Virus record (IMG/VR): IMGVR_UViG_3300014204_000130
Span: 44,146-108,145 of that record
Length of the DNA: 64,000 bases
Strand: one strand, 5' to 3'
From: a virus
Taxonomy: Duplodnaviria > Caudoviricetes
In this document: positions 7,696-17,119 of the stretch, in pieces
Layout: every line of letters begins with the position of its first letter
How positions within the stretch are numbered: the first letter of the stretch is position 1
Translations under genes and position numbers: made by a program
Notes under the pieces: generated by a model
Databases searched by the model: none
What the model was told of the DNA's origin: nothing
The model's input: only the letters and a program-made list of their open reading frames with translations

Positions 7696-8341
7696 TCATA
7701 AAATTCTTCAAAAACTCCATGCGTGTTCGGAAGCCGTAAAATGGGCTTCACAGTTTCCCACGTTACAAGAGGCATGGAAATCATGTCCTCGCGGGGATTG
7801 GATGTTGTGGGTAGCGTCCAAATTAAAAATTGACCAACGAGCACTATTCCTCGCAAGAGGACAATGTGCAAACACTGTCCGGCATCTCATGAAAGATGCC
7901 AGAAATATCGCGGCGGTGGATGCAACCATCGCCTTCGGCAAAGGGGAAATCCCAGAGATTCCAAAAGATGTCATTGCAGCAGCATATGCTGCTGCTGCTG
8001 ATGATGCTTCTGCTTATGCTTCTGCTTATGCTTCTGCTGCTGCTTATGCTGCTGCTGTTGCTGCTGATGATGCTTCTGCTTATGCTTATGCTTCTGCTGC
8101 TGCTGATGCTGCTGCTTATGCTGCTGCTTATGCTGCTTCTGCTTATGCTTCTGCTTATGCTTCTGCTGCTGCTTATGCTGCTGCTGTTGCTGCTGATGAT
8201 GCTGCTGATGCTGATGCTGCTTATGCTGCTGCTTATGCTGCAAGAAGCGAAAATAGACAGAAAACCGCAAATATCTGTCGGGAAATTCTAACCGATGAGG
8301 TATTCTCAAAGTTGAAAAAATTGGAGGATTCCGACGAATGA
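7688..8341 (+). CDS. phage protein with an Ala-rich low-complexity repeat
   Basis: LHACSEAVKW...AWKSCPRGDWMLW head, (A/Y/D/S)n tract and RQKTANICRE tail; GGAGG RBS. Confidence 0.75.
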   Translation: MNNHKILQKLHACSEAVKWASQFPTLQEAWKSCPRGDWMLWVASKLKIDQRALFLARGQCANTVRHLMKDARNIAAVDATIAFGKGEIPEIPKDVIAAAYAAAADDASAYASAYASAAAYAAAVAADDASAYAYASAAADAAAYAAAYAASAYASAYASAAAYAAAVAADDAADADAAYAAAYAARSENRQKTANICREILTDEVFSKLKKLEDSDE

Positions 8342-8508
8342 CTAAGGAATACCTCGGCGATTCGGTCTACATCGAGTTCTGTGACCATGAACAAATGGTC
8401 ACAATCACGACGGAAAATGGATTGATTTCTCCAAGCAACACCATTTTCATGGACATGGAGACGCTTGCAAAGTTGGTTAAATTTGCAATTGATAACAAGT
8501 TGGTTTGA
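8338..8508 (+). CDS. small hypothetical protein (MTKEYLGDSVYIEF...)
   Basis: ATGA overlap with the upstream gene and GGAGG RBS; shorter than the ORF-track cutoff. Confidence 0.55.
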   Translation: MTKEYLGDSVYIEFCDHEQMVTITTENGLISPSNTIFMDMETLAKLVKFAIDNKLV

Positions 8509-8517
8509 GGATTGAAC

Positions 8518-8742
8518 ATGCAATTGGAAAAAGAAGTCGATCAAACATTCAAAGTGGGCGATTACAACCCCACCATGGAACAACGGATTGCACTTCGAAA
8601 GAAGTTCGACCAGAACAATTCCGGATTCCATACATTCCACGAATTTGCATCATCTTCTCAGGTGATGTATGGATCTACTCTGGCTGTAAGATGGGGAAAA
8701 ATGGTTCTAGTAATTGAACCAGATGGTCACTGTCATTCATAA
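8518..8742 (+). CDS. hypothetical protein
   Basis: GAGGA RBS; ends IEPDGHCHS. Confidence 0.6.
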   Translation: MQLEKEVDQTFKVGDYNPTMEQRIALRKKFDQNNSGFHTFHEFASSSQVMYGSTLAVRWGKMVLVIEPDGHCHS

Positions 8743-8753
8743 AATCATTTCAA

Positions 8754-8782
8754 TTGACAATGGGACTTGCATAGTTTAATAT
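8754..8782 (+). promoter_or_regulatory. sigma70-type promoter
   Basis: TTGACA-N17-TAATAT. Confidence 0.7.
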
Positions 8783-8824
8783 CTGATGTCCTGTTGCAAT
8801 AAAATCAAATCAAAGGAGTTATGT

Positions 8825-9070
8825 ATGATTATCAAACTCTGGGCGGTTAATCCGCCAATTTCTGAAAAGAAAGAGCGTTCTCTCATGATGAAATGTATTC
8901 GGGAGAAGAAAATCCCGACCAATCCACATCCCACAAAGAAACGTTCTCTGGGATATGGAGATTTAACGATTAACCTCGACAAAAACACAATGAAACTCAA
9001 CCATCTCGGGATTGTGGATGGATTTGTTCTACAATATTCCCGGAAGGTTGGGGAATTCATCGCCGCTTAA
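8825..9070 (+). CDS. hypothetical protein
   Basis: AAGGAG RBS. Confidence 0.6.
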   Translation: MIIKLWAVNPPISEKKERSLMMKCIREKKIPTNPHPTKKRSLGYGDLTINLDKNTMKLNHLGIVDGFVLQYSRKVGEFIAA

Positions 9071-9134
9071 ATTTCTGAAACTCTGTCCAGAAATGGACAA
9101 AAATTAATGCCGAAAGGCAGAAAGGTTACACAAT

Positions 9135-9740
9135 ATGACTACTCCAGTTGCTAAGAAGACCATTGGATCTAAGGTTGCTGCTCCCGCCAAGACCGTTGTT
9201 GCTCCAGTTGCAATGGCATCTGCTACTAAGCAATGCCCTCCGAATCCTCCACTTAACGCAACCCCGGTGAAGCCCGTTCTTCAAGCGGCAACCGTTCTTT
9301 CCTCCGTTCTTGAAAAGAAGCGCGGTGGTGGGTTGACCAAGGAAGCCAAAGCCAAGAAGGAAGCCGAAAAGACGGCCAAGCTCAAGATCATTCGGGGAAA
9401 ACTGGTCGCCTCACTCCTTGCCGATTCCACTCTTCTGGCTGACCCGTCGGAAATGGCAGCCGCAATGATCTCACTAGAGGATAAGGTTGTCCTCCAATAC
9501 GACCTCGAAAACCCTTCCGGTCGTGTCAAATCCGACGGCCATGATGGACGCGGCTATACCCCACAAGAAGTGGCTCAGGTTGCCGTCTTTTCTTGGACGC
9601 AGAAGTATGGTAAGAACATGACAGAGGAACAGGTAATGGATGCTTGGAAATTCGCCATGTGTAACCCGAAGGCTCCTCGTGCAAAGACCAAGAGCGTGAA
9701 GCCTACGACTCCCCCGGCGATTGCTGAAATTCCAGAATAA
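9135..9740 (+). CDS. Lys/Ala/Pro-rich hypothetical protein
   Basis: 201-aa ORF preceded by a palindrome variant and an RBS, followed by a terminator. Confidence 0.7.
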   Translation: MTTPVAKKTIGSKVAAPAKTVVAPVAMASATKQCPPNPPLNATPVKPVLQAATVLSSVLEKKRGGGLTKEAKAKKEAEKTAKLKIIRGKLVASLLADSTLLADPSEMAAAMISLEDKVVLQYDLENPSGRVKSDGHDGRGYTPQEVAQVAVFSWTQKYGKNMTEEQVMDAWKFAMCNPKAPRAKTKSVKPTTPPAIAEIPE

Positions 9741-9759
9741 ATATTCAATTTGGTTTCAC

Positions 9760-9797
9760 ACGGGCATTGTGCTTACATAGACAATGCCCGTTCTTTT
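9760..9797 (+). terminator. intrinsic terminator
   Basis: 11-bp stem acgggcattgt/acaatgcccgt followed by TCTTTT. Confidence 0.6.
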
Positions 9798-9813
9798 ACA
9801 ACGGAGAAATATT

Positions 9814-10191
9814 ATGTATATTGGAATGCATCCAGATAGTGAGCAGTTTATCAGATTGCAAAACAAGAACAGATTTAATATTGAAAAACTTCAAGAGGTT
9901 GATCTTGAAGAACTTGGACATGTTAAAGTCCAGATACTTTTGGACATCGTAGAGGATGAATATGAATGTCCGAAGTGCGAACGGCATGACAAAGATCTTG
10001 AGAATTGGAAGGAACAGATTCACGAGATGATTTCAGAGATGTATGCCCTCGTGAACTCTGTCCGGGAAAACATGACAGATGATATTACTCCCGAAGAACG
10101 CAAAAAGTATTTCGAAGAACATTGCAAGAAATTACAAAAAGCATACTCCGATTGCACATTCATCGGAGACGATTTCAATTTCGCAGAATAA
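9814..10191 (+). CDS. hypothetical protein
   Basis: GGAG RBS; CPKC. Confidence 0.6.
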   Translation: MYIGMHPDSEQFIRLQNKNRFNIEKLQEVDLEELGHVKVQILLDIVEDEYECPKCERHDKDLENWKEQIHEMISEMYALVNSVRENMTDDITPEERKKYFEEHCKKLQKAYSDCTFIGDDFNFAE

Positions 10192-10234
10192 TCTGTCCAA
10201 TATTGGACAGAAATTAAATACAGGAGCATTCATT

Positions 10235-10432
10235 ATGCGACAAGCACAATTCGATTCAACCGACTTCGACCTTCTTTCAGAACTCGTGAAGCCTCAACAC
10301 TTCACGAACATCCCACCAATCATCCTTCACCGGTGGGTTGTGTGTTCTCAGTGTAAGCGAGACATCGACCGTTCCAAGGATACGGTCATCGTAACTGGTG
10401 GCAAAACTATCTGCCACAATTGCTATTTGTAA
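10235..10432 (+). CDS. small Zn-finger protein
   Basis: CSQC...CHNC; AGGAG RBS after a palindrome copy. Confidence 0.6.
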   Translation: MRQAQFDSTDFDLLSELVKPQHFTNIPPIILHRWVVCSQCKRDIDRSKDTVIVTGGKTICHNCYL

Positions 10433-10446
10433 AAAAGGAATTGAAT

Positions 10447-10704
10447 ATGAAACCTCAAACAATCATTCTTCCAATCTTCGAGATAGTCGTTGAAATATTT
10501 CCCGGAGGATGTGCAACCATCACTTCCAATTTGAAGAAGGGATATGGTTCAAAGTCGAACTACGATCCTCCAATCAATGTTGCAATTGATGTAGTTGAAA
10601 GTTTGATTCTTGCCCATGCATGTGCTGGAATTGATATCACAGATCGAAGGTATCAAGAAGGAATCAAAACAACGGTTGAGAAGATTGTAAACGTTTATTC
10701 TTAA
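10447..10704 (+). CDS. hypothetical protein
   Basis: ORF with RBS; ESLILAHACAGIDI. Confidence 0.65.
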   Translation: MKPQTIILPIFEIVVEIFPGGCATITSNLKKGYGSKSNYDPPINVAIDVVESLILAHACAGIDITDRRYQEGIKTTVEKIVNVYS

Positions 10705-10754
10705 ACAACTTCGTCTTTTTAATAGACGAAAATTAAACCATAGGAGATTTCCAA

Positions 10755-11894
10755 ATGAGCATTCAACAAAAGTTTTCTGACAATGTGAAACAACATCGCG
10801 GTATTCTCAAACATCTTCTCATCGAACGGGAAGAGATCATAGACGCATTACATATCGCACTTCTTTCCCGAAAGAACGTATATCTCATCGGTCCCGGTGG
10901 TGAAGGCAAAACAAAAATTGCAAAAGACTTTTCCAAGTTGTGTTCCATGAAATTCTTTGATCAGCAATTCCATTCATTCACGAAGGTGGACGATTGGGAA
11001 GGAATCGTTGATCTTAATGAATTCAAACAAGGAAGACTCATTCGTAAAGTTGCCAATTTCGCTCCCGGTGCGGATATCCTTCTTGCCGATGAAATTGGAC
11101 GTGGTGGAGCTGTCCTATCTTGCATGTATCGATTGCTTAATGAAGGCACTTACATGGAAGATGGAGTAATGAAACAAGCTCCAGTTGAATTGGTATTCGC
11201 CGGTTCCAATTCCATGTTACCGACTGAGCATGATGCACTGTTCGATAGGTTTCCATTCTTCTTCGAATGCAAAAAGGTTTCCAATGAAAACTTATTGGAA
11301 ATCTTGATGGATGATGATAAAGAAGTCATCCTTCCAGAGAATGAAAAGATTACAAAGGTAATGGTGCATGAAGCACGATTGGAAATGTTGAAGGTAAAAC
11401 TTTCAAAAGACATTGCAATGATGATTGTGGATATCAATGCAAAATTGGAAGAAGAAGGTATCCACATCTCCACTCGACTCAATCGTTGGAGTCGAACCAT
11501 CCTCCAGTCTTCTGCATATTGCGAAGGAAGACAAGAAGTAATCGATGAAGATGTATGGGTTCTTCGCAACGTATACGCCAGAACACTCAAACAGAAACCC
11601 ATTGTCGCAAAGATATTGAGATCGATATGCAATCAGGAACTCGACTTGATGTTGCTCACCTTCGACCAGTTGGATGCGTATTTCAACAAATGGGAACAGA
11701 ATGCATGTCCTAGAATGTTGGATGGTGGTGATTGCGCAGAGAGCGCGAAGGAATTGCTGAAGGCGATTGAATCGGTAAAGCCGAAGGATATCAACAAGGC
11801 AGAACATTCAAGGCTTGTCCTGCAAGGGAAGGCCAAGGTTGCCGCGATCTCCGCATCGGCATTGGCGAAACGTCGGCAGGGCGTGAAGGAATAG
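10755..11894 (+). CDS. MoxR-family (RavA-like) AAA+ ATPase
   Basis: LIEREE, Walker A GPGGEGKT, Walker B LLADEI, LLNEG, ALFDRF. Confidence 0.88.
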   Translation: MSIQQKFSDNVKQHRGILKHLLIEREEIIDALHIALLSRKNVYLIGPGGEGKTKIAKDFSKLCSMKFFDQQFHSFTKVDDWEGIVDLNEFKQGRLIRKVANFAPGADILLADEIGRGGAVLSCMYRLLNEGTYMEDGVMKQAPVELVFAGSNSMLPTEHDALFDRFPFFFECKKVSNENLLEILMDDDKEVILPENEKITKVMVHEARLEMLKVKLSKDIAMMIVDINAKLEEEGIHISTRLNRWSRTILQSSAYCEGRQEVIDEDVWVLRNVYARTLKQKPIVAKILRSICNQELDLMLLTFDQLDAYFNKWEQNACPRMLDGGDCAESAKELLKAIESVKPKDINKAEHSRLVLQGKAKVAAISASALAKRRQGVKE

Positions 11895-11992
11895 CCACTC
11901 GCGCCGCCAGACAAAGGGGAACACACATCGGGAACCCGGCGTCCAATATTGGACGCCAAATTAACATCCCTTAAATGGGAAGGAGTATTACC

Positions 11993-12937
11993 ATGAAGAA
12001 ACTCAATCCAGTTGAACGGCCTAACCGAACCGTATTCTCTGCAACCAACAAGGCCGGGAAGTCCTTTGATATCATCGCATATCAAATCGTATTCGGGTTC
12101 TCAATCAAGTCGCTCGACATGCAAGTCCTTCACGATGAATGGACGCGGCTTGGATTTGATCCCAAATATATGGGAAAAGTTACGAAGGATGGTGTAATCA
12201 AACGCGCCATTGCCGAAACTGTACAGGATCTCCGGAATTCCAATTACACATACAAAAAGATTGGAGATGAGAATTCCGATGTTGTTGTCTACAAAATCTT
12301 CAAGATGGAGTGTGAATCCATCAATGGAAAACTTGATGGTGAGATGAAACCATATGCTCACATCACATATCGAAAACAATCGGAGATGATTGAAATCGAT
12401 AATCCAGAAATCGAATCCATGTTGAATACACATTACAAATTCTTCACCTTGAACTACATGAATCTCGATTACACACGTTATACCAAGACCATGATTGAAC
12501 GGGAATCTGTATGTCTTTCACTTCGGCCTCAAGGTGGCGTCTACATTGTCCCGGCGAAGGACAAAGACATGGTTTACAAACTCAAAGAATTGTTCAATCG
12601 GGTTGATCCTGATGGTGACTTTCATATCACCGAAATTCCAGATCTCGATGGTGCCAAGGAGTCCATTGCATCGGCATATCAACCGGTGATGCAAGACATG
12701 TGTGCAAAACTGGAAGAGAAGATCACGGAATTGGAATCCAAGGGAAAGCAACTTTCGTCCAAGAAGCGGCAAGAGTTGTTCGACGAGGTTTGTTTCCTTG
12801 GAAAAGATATCGAACTCATGATGGACGTGTCCGAATACGATTTATCCAGCGGTAAGGATATGTTGATCAAGGTGAACGAACATATCATGAACTTTACTCC
12901 AATTGCAAAGGATGAAACTGAAAACAAGGAGGACTAA
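11993..12937 (+). CDS. hypothetical protein between the MoxR and vWA genes (possibly DUF3150-like)
   Basis: LRPQGGVYIVP motif and position in the AAA/vWA module. Confidence 0.6.
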   Translation: MKKLNPVERPNRTVFSATNKAGKSFDIIAYQIVFGFSIKSLDMQVLHDEWTRLGFDPKYMGKVTKDGVIKRAIAETVQDLRNSNYTYKKIGDENSDVVVYKIFKMECESINGKLDGEMKPYAHITYRKQSEMIEIDNPEIESMLNTHYKFFTLNYMNLDYTRYTKTMIERESVCLSLRPQGGVYIVPAKDKDMVYKLKELFNRVDPDGDFHITEIPDLDGAKESIASAYQPVMQDMCAKLEEKITELESKGKQLSSKKRQELFDEVCFLGKDIELMMDVSEYDLSSGKDMLIKVNEHIMNFTPIAKDETENKED

Positions 12938-12938
12938 C

Positions 12939-14183
12939 ATGTCCATCGTCGAAAAGAATCCATACGCTGACTTTAAGTATGGGCAGTGTGTCCGTAATGA
13001 TCGTCCATTCCAAGACAAGATCATGTGGGAGGAGAAATATGATAAAGGTTTCTCCGAAGACTGCAATGATCTGTTCCAAAGTTTGTATCAGAAAGACGTG
13101 AAATTTAATGGAGAAGGAAGAATTAAAACTCTTCTGGATTCCATTAAAGACAGCAACGACTTCAAGCAATTGAAGGAACGCACAAAAGGGAATCATGTCC
13201 TTGCATATATCGCCATGAAGGACATGATTCCCCAACTGCAACAGATTGCAAAGGAACTTCCGAAGGACAACAAACCGCAAGACCAAAAGTCCAAGGATCG
13301 TATCCGACAGGGTATGCGGCTTGCAGTTCAAGAAGCCGCAGATACCGTAGAGGAAGCCGAGGGTATGATCGATGTTCTCGGTATCGGTAAAGAGGGTGGA
13401 ATTACTACCGATGAAGACGTTGGATCTGCAATTGAATCAGCCAATCGTTTCGCCAACGATGAAGTGTTCAAAAGAATCATGGAAATGGCGGGACGGTTCG
13501 AACGTCAGGCAGATAGCCAGATTAAAACCAATTGCAGTCACGGACTGGACGAATTGGTAGGAATCGATAGTTCAGACGACATCGCAAATGTTCTCCCGGA
13601 AGAATTGGCCGATGACGATCTATTCAATTTGAACTTTGTCGAATCCAAGTTGCAAGTGAATAAGTTCCGGGGTAAAGAACCCAAAGAGAAAGGAGCCAAG
13701 ATTGTTTGTATTGATCGATCCGGAAGTATGGATGGATGGAGATATGAATTCTCCAGTGCAATCTTGTTTGCAATGTATCTGGTTGCCAAACAAGATGAAC
13801 TTCCAATGTTCGTGAATCTCTTCGATGTAAATGTTATCTCTCGTGAAATCAAATCCACGAAGGATATCATGTGGATCATGGGGAAATATATGGGTGGTGG
13901 AACCGACTTCAATCTTCCACTCACCCGGTCATTCGAACAAATAGAATCCAATCCCGAATTCGAGAAAGCCGATATCGTATTCATCACAGATGGATTCGAT
14001 ACACTTTCCGAAGATGTTATGAACAAAATTCAATCAACGAAGAAACGAATTTCATTGAAGATCATTTCATTGTTGATTGGACGTGGAAGCACAGAAACAT
14101 TGAAAGGATTCTCCGACAAAGTATTCCAATGTTGGAACGAAGCAAGCAGTAAAGAATTTTGCGAGGAGGTATTCACGGTATGA
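12939..14183 (+). CDS. von Willebrand factor A domain protein (ViaA-like)
   Basis: MIDAS motif CIDRSGSM, GGGTDF, ADIVFITDG. Confidence 0.88.
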   Translation: MSIVEKNPYADFKYGQCVRNDRPFQDKIMWEEKYDKGFSEDCNDLFQSLYQKDVKFNGEGRIKTLLDSIKDSNDFKQLKERTKGNHVLAYIAMKDMIPQLQQIAKELPKDNKPQDQKSKDRIRQGMRLAVQEAADTVEEAEGMIDVLGIGKEGGITTDEDVGSAIESANRFANDEVFKRIMEMAGRFERQADSQIKTNCSHGLDELVGIDSSDDIANVLPEELADDDLFNLNFVESKLQVNKFRGKEPKEKGAKIVCIDRSGSMDGWRYEFSSAILFAMYLVAKQDELPMFVNLFDVNVISREIKSTKDIMWIMGKYMGGGTDFNLPLTRSFEQIESNPEFEKADIVFITDGFDTLSEDVMNKIQSTKKRISLKIISLLIGRGSTETLKGFSDKVFQCWNEASSKEFCEEVFTV

Positions 14184-14482
14184 GATTTGTATTTCGAGGA
14201 ACTAATAAACAAGATGGTTTCATTGTTGGGTGTGTTGCAACTGCCGAATTGGAAAAGTTCAAATCCAATACGGTCTATGAAATGGTATTGGTAATGGATA
14301 CATGGGTTCTAAAAGAACTCGGACCTTCTCATATTCCAATGACCAAGAAAGACATTACACCAGAAACATCCGAAGTAGCATGGTCAAATGGTGCGGCAAT
14401 GGTTGTTAAATGCAATTTCGCAGATGTAGTTCTTACCAAGGAAGAATACAACAAATTTCAAAAGGAGAATGCCAATGGATAA
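14180..14482 (+). CDS. hypothetical protein
   Basis: ATGA overlap; GGAGG RBS. Confidence 0.6.
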   Translation: MRFVFRGTNKQDGFIVGCVATAELEKFKSNTVYEMVLVMDTWVLKELGPSHIPMTKKDITPETSEVAWSNGAAMVVKCNFADVVLTKEEYNKFQKENANG

Positions 14483-14702
14483 CAAACCGATGACAAGTAA
14501 AGAGATGGCAACCAAATATCAAATCAATATGGGAGACTGTCCATTGTGTGGTTCGGAAGATGGTATCGTTGTTGAAGATAGAGATTATGCACATTGTATT
14601 GTATATGAGAACTGTCACTGTTCTTATTGCAGAAAACAATTCACATTCAAATATGAACTGACAGAGATCATCAATGAAGATACGGAGGTTTCAAATGGGT
14701 AG
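14469..14702 (+). CDS. Zn-ribbon protein, paralog of 15425-15652
   Basis: KYQINMGDCPLCGS...CSYC. Confidence 0.65.
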   Translation: MPMDNKPMTSKEMATKYQINMGDCPLCGSEDGIVVEDRDYAHCIVYENCHCSYCRKQFTFKYELTEIINEDTEVSNG

Positions 14703-15150
14703 AGGAAATACATTACCAAACATTCCACGGGATGCAAATGGCGAATTCGTCCTAAAGTATGAGATGTTCTACGTCAACCCTTCATACAATGAAGAAGGTG
14801 AGATTACTGATGATGACGATGAACAATTCCATTCCGATCTGGATTCCATTCTTCCTAAGTCATTCGATAAGCCATCCACTCGATTATATAATCCCGGTGG
14901 ATATGGACAGGATGAATTGATATACGCTTACAATACAATGGTTCAAGTATGCTTCAAGGACAATGAGCGTTCTCTCGCCGTTATCATTCGGGAAATCCAA
15001 GACAACGATAGACCCGAAAGAAACTTTGCACCAAAATATATCGGATATCTATACAAGAAACTCGCACTTGGTCTTCTTGATATGGGATATGAACTGTCCG
15101 TTCGTGATGGTGCATGGTGTTCGAAGAAACTTACAAAGGAGATGCTCTAA
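14695..15150 (+). CDS. hypothetical protein
   Basis: GGAGG RBS before MGRGN. Confidence 0.65.
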   Translation: MGRGNTLPNIPRDANGEFVLKYEMFYVNPSYNEEGEITDDDDEQFHSDLDSILPKSFDKPSTRLYNPGGYGQDELIYAYNTMVQVCFKDNERSLAVIIREIQDNDRPERNFAPKYIGYLYKKLALGLLDMGYELSVRDGAWCSKKLTKEML

Positions 15151-15422
15151 TGTATAAATACTATTACAAATACATTCCCGGAGTTGAAAAGGGATTTGAG
15201 AATCAATCATATGGAAGACAACTTGATTCTTTGAAAGCAATTCAATACTATAAAACGACCGCCATTAGTATATGGATCTCATGCAAACGAAGATCATTCA
15301 ATACAGCTCTCAAAGAATTCAAAGATCTGTATCGTCCAACAAGTTATTTCGTTAAATATAGAATTCCAGATGAATTCTATTCCGATGATTGCGTTGAAGT
15401 ATTTTATAAAAAAGGAGATTAA
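15150..15422 (+). CDS. hypothetical protein
   Basis: TAATG coupling; AAGGAG RBS. Confidence 0.6.
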   Translation: MYKYYYKYIPGVEKGFENQSYGRQLDSLKAIQYYKTTAISIWISCKRRSFNTALKEFKDLYRPTSYFVKYRIPDEFYSDDCVEVFYKKGD

Positions 15423-15424
15423 AT

Positions 15425-15652
15425 ATGGCTGAGAAAGTATTTACATCAGAACAGAGGGCCGTTAAATATCGAACTAACATGGGTGACTGTCCGGAGTGCG
15501 GGTCTTCCGCTGGATTGGAAGATCTCAAGTGCATGTTTGGATTTGTAATCACGTATCGCAAGATGAAATGTAATGCTTGCGGTAAGATCTTCCGGATGCA
15601 GTATTTCCTGGAATCTATGGCAGCTTACGATAAGGATGATAATGAATTATGA
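15425..15652 (+). CDS. Zn-ribbon protein, paralog of 14469-14702
   Basis: KYRTNMGDCPECGS...CNAC. Confidence 0.65.
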   Translation: MAEKVFTSEQRAVKYRTNMGDCPECGSSAGLEDLKCMFGFVITYRKMKCNACGKIFRMQYFLESMAAYDKDDNEL

Positions 15653-15855
15653 ATATTCGAACGTTTCGCATTATTGGACCATCTGGCAAATCTTTCATTA
15701 GACATGGAGTGAGTGTGGTTGATGTATTGGCGAAGACATACACAGCATACAATCCATTATTGTTCTGTCGTATGTCGAGTCCGGGAAGATACTTGTTCCG
15801 AGGATTGAAAGGCCATAAAATCTACAACTTCTACGTTCAAGTTATTTCAAATTAA
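15649..15855 (+). CDS. hypothetical protein
   Basis: ATGA overlap. Confidence 0.55.
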   Translation: MNIRTFRIIGPSGKSFIRHGVSVVDVLAKTYTAYNPLLFCRMSSPGRYLFRGLKGHKIYNFYVQVISN

Positions 15856-15885
15856 ATCAATGGTGAGCGCAAACGAAAATTCTTA

Positions 15886-15914
15886 TTGACATTCTTAAAA
15901 TTCTCTGGTAATAT
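15886..15914 (+). promoter_or_regulatory. sigma70-type promoter
   Basis: TTGACA-N17-TAATAT. Confidence 0.7.
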
Positions 15915-15972
15915 CTACACGTAAGCTATCTCTACCATTACGGTTGAGAAATTAAATCAATGGAGATCACAT

Positions 15973-16377
15973 ATGAAAATTTCAACAGCAGTAAATCATC
16001 AGCGTCGATTCATCCAGCGGGTTCGTGATGTCTACTCTCATGCAAACATCTGTATGTGGAGTCATGAAGAATTGATCAAACACACACTCGAAATCAAGAC
16101 ATCCCCAGAATTCAAACGATGTCCTCGACATGTCACAGAATATGTCCGGGGATATGAGATGGCATTGTATGATCAGCTTTGGAATAAGATGGTTTCCTGT
16201 TTCATATCATTGGAAAGCGGAACCATCTACTTCGGGAAGTATCCTGAAAGTCCGTCCAAGATTACATTCCTTGGACATGCATGGCCGGGATTGAAATCCC
16301 CCGATCTCAAATTCTATACCAAACGTCCCGATGATGAAATTACACAAGAAAGATTAGACAGAGGAAAATTCAAATGA
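15973..16377 (+). CDS. hypothetical protein
   Basis: GGAG RBS. Confidence 0.65.
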   Translation: MKISTAVNHQRRFIQRVRDVYSHANICMWSHEELIKHTLEIKTSPEFKRCPRHVTEYVRGYEMALYDQLWNKMVSCFISLESGTIYFGKYPESPSKITFLGHAWPGLKSPDLKFYTKRPDDEITQERLDRGKFK

Positions 16378-16595
16378 ATATTAAACGTCCAAATTTATTA
16401 CGTGACGCTCTACATAATACACATACGATGTCTGGTGCTTCCATCGACTATGGGAGAGGATGTGTAGTATCTGCGGTTGCAACTCTTATGTCGATTGGTG
16501 AAACATTCGACAATGCATGGAAGACAGTTCAATCATGTCTACCCGTTGGATATCGAATTGAATGCATTCCAGAAACATGGAAGATTGAGAAATGA
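16374..16595 (+). CDS. hypothetical protein
   Basis: ATGA overlap. Confidence 0.6.
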   Translation: MNIKRPNLLRDALHNTHTMSGASIDYGRGCVVSAVATLMSIGETFDNAWKTVQSCLPVGYRIECIPETWKIEK

Positions 16596-16690
16596 GACAC
16601 GTTTACAATTCAAAATGGGAACGACAATCGTAACGCGCATTAAAATCTGTCCAATCTTGGACAAAAATTAAAATACAAGGAGAATTACAA

Positions 16691-17056
16691 ATGGACTTTT
16701 CAAAATTGAGTGAAACTCGTGGAATCATTCTTTCTCGGCTTGAACTGATCGATGATCTGATTACTGTTCCGTCAGGATTTACACAGAGTATCCGAATCGG
16801 ATATACCAAGGATGATCAACCGACATTCATATCTCTTTCAGCCAAACACGGTCTTGCATATGCAATCGATGAAGGATATGAAAATAAATATCTTCAATTG
16901 AATGAAATACCGAAACATCTTCGCCGTCTTGCACTTAATGAAACAATCAATCTTTTGAAGTCTCTTGAAATTTGGATTTCAAAAGAAACAGACTTGAATA
17001 TGCAATCAATCCTCAATGCCGACGAATACATTAAATCTTTGAAGAAAGGACAATAA
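16691..17056 (+). CDS. hypothetical protein, tandem paralog A
   Basis: MDFSKLSETRGIILSRLELID...SILNADEYIKSL. Confidence 0.75.
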   Translation: MDFSKLSETRGIILSRLELIDDLITVPSGFTQSIRIGYTKDDQPTFISLSAKHGLAYAIDEGYENKYLQLNEIPKHLRRLALNETINLLKSLEIWISKETDLNMQSILNADEYIKSLKKGQ

Positions 17057-17119
17057 GAACACACGTCGGAACCAAAGGTCCAATATTGGACAAATATTAA
17101 AAATATAAGGAGAATTTAT

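Noticed and set aside
7896-8309. Poly-Leu/Met (+) and poly-Gln/His/Lys (-) ORFs
   Set aside because: Shadow frames of the Ala-rich triplet repeat in 7688-8341; no RBS.
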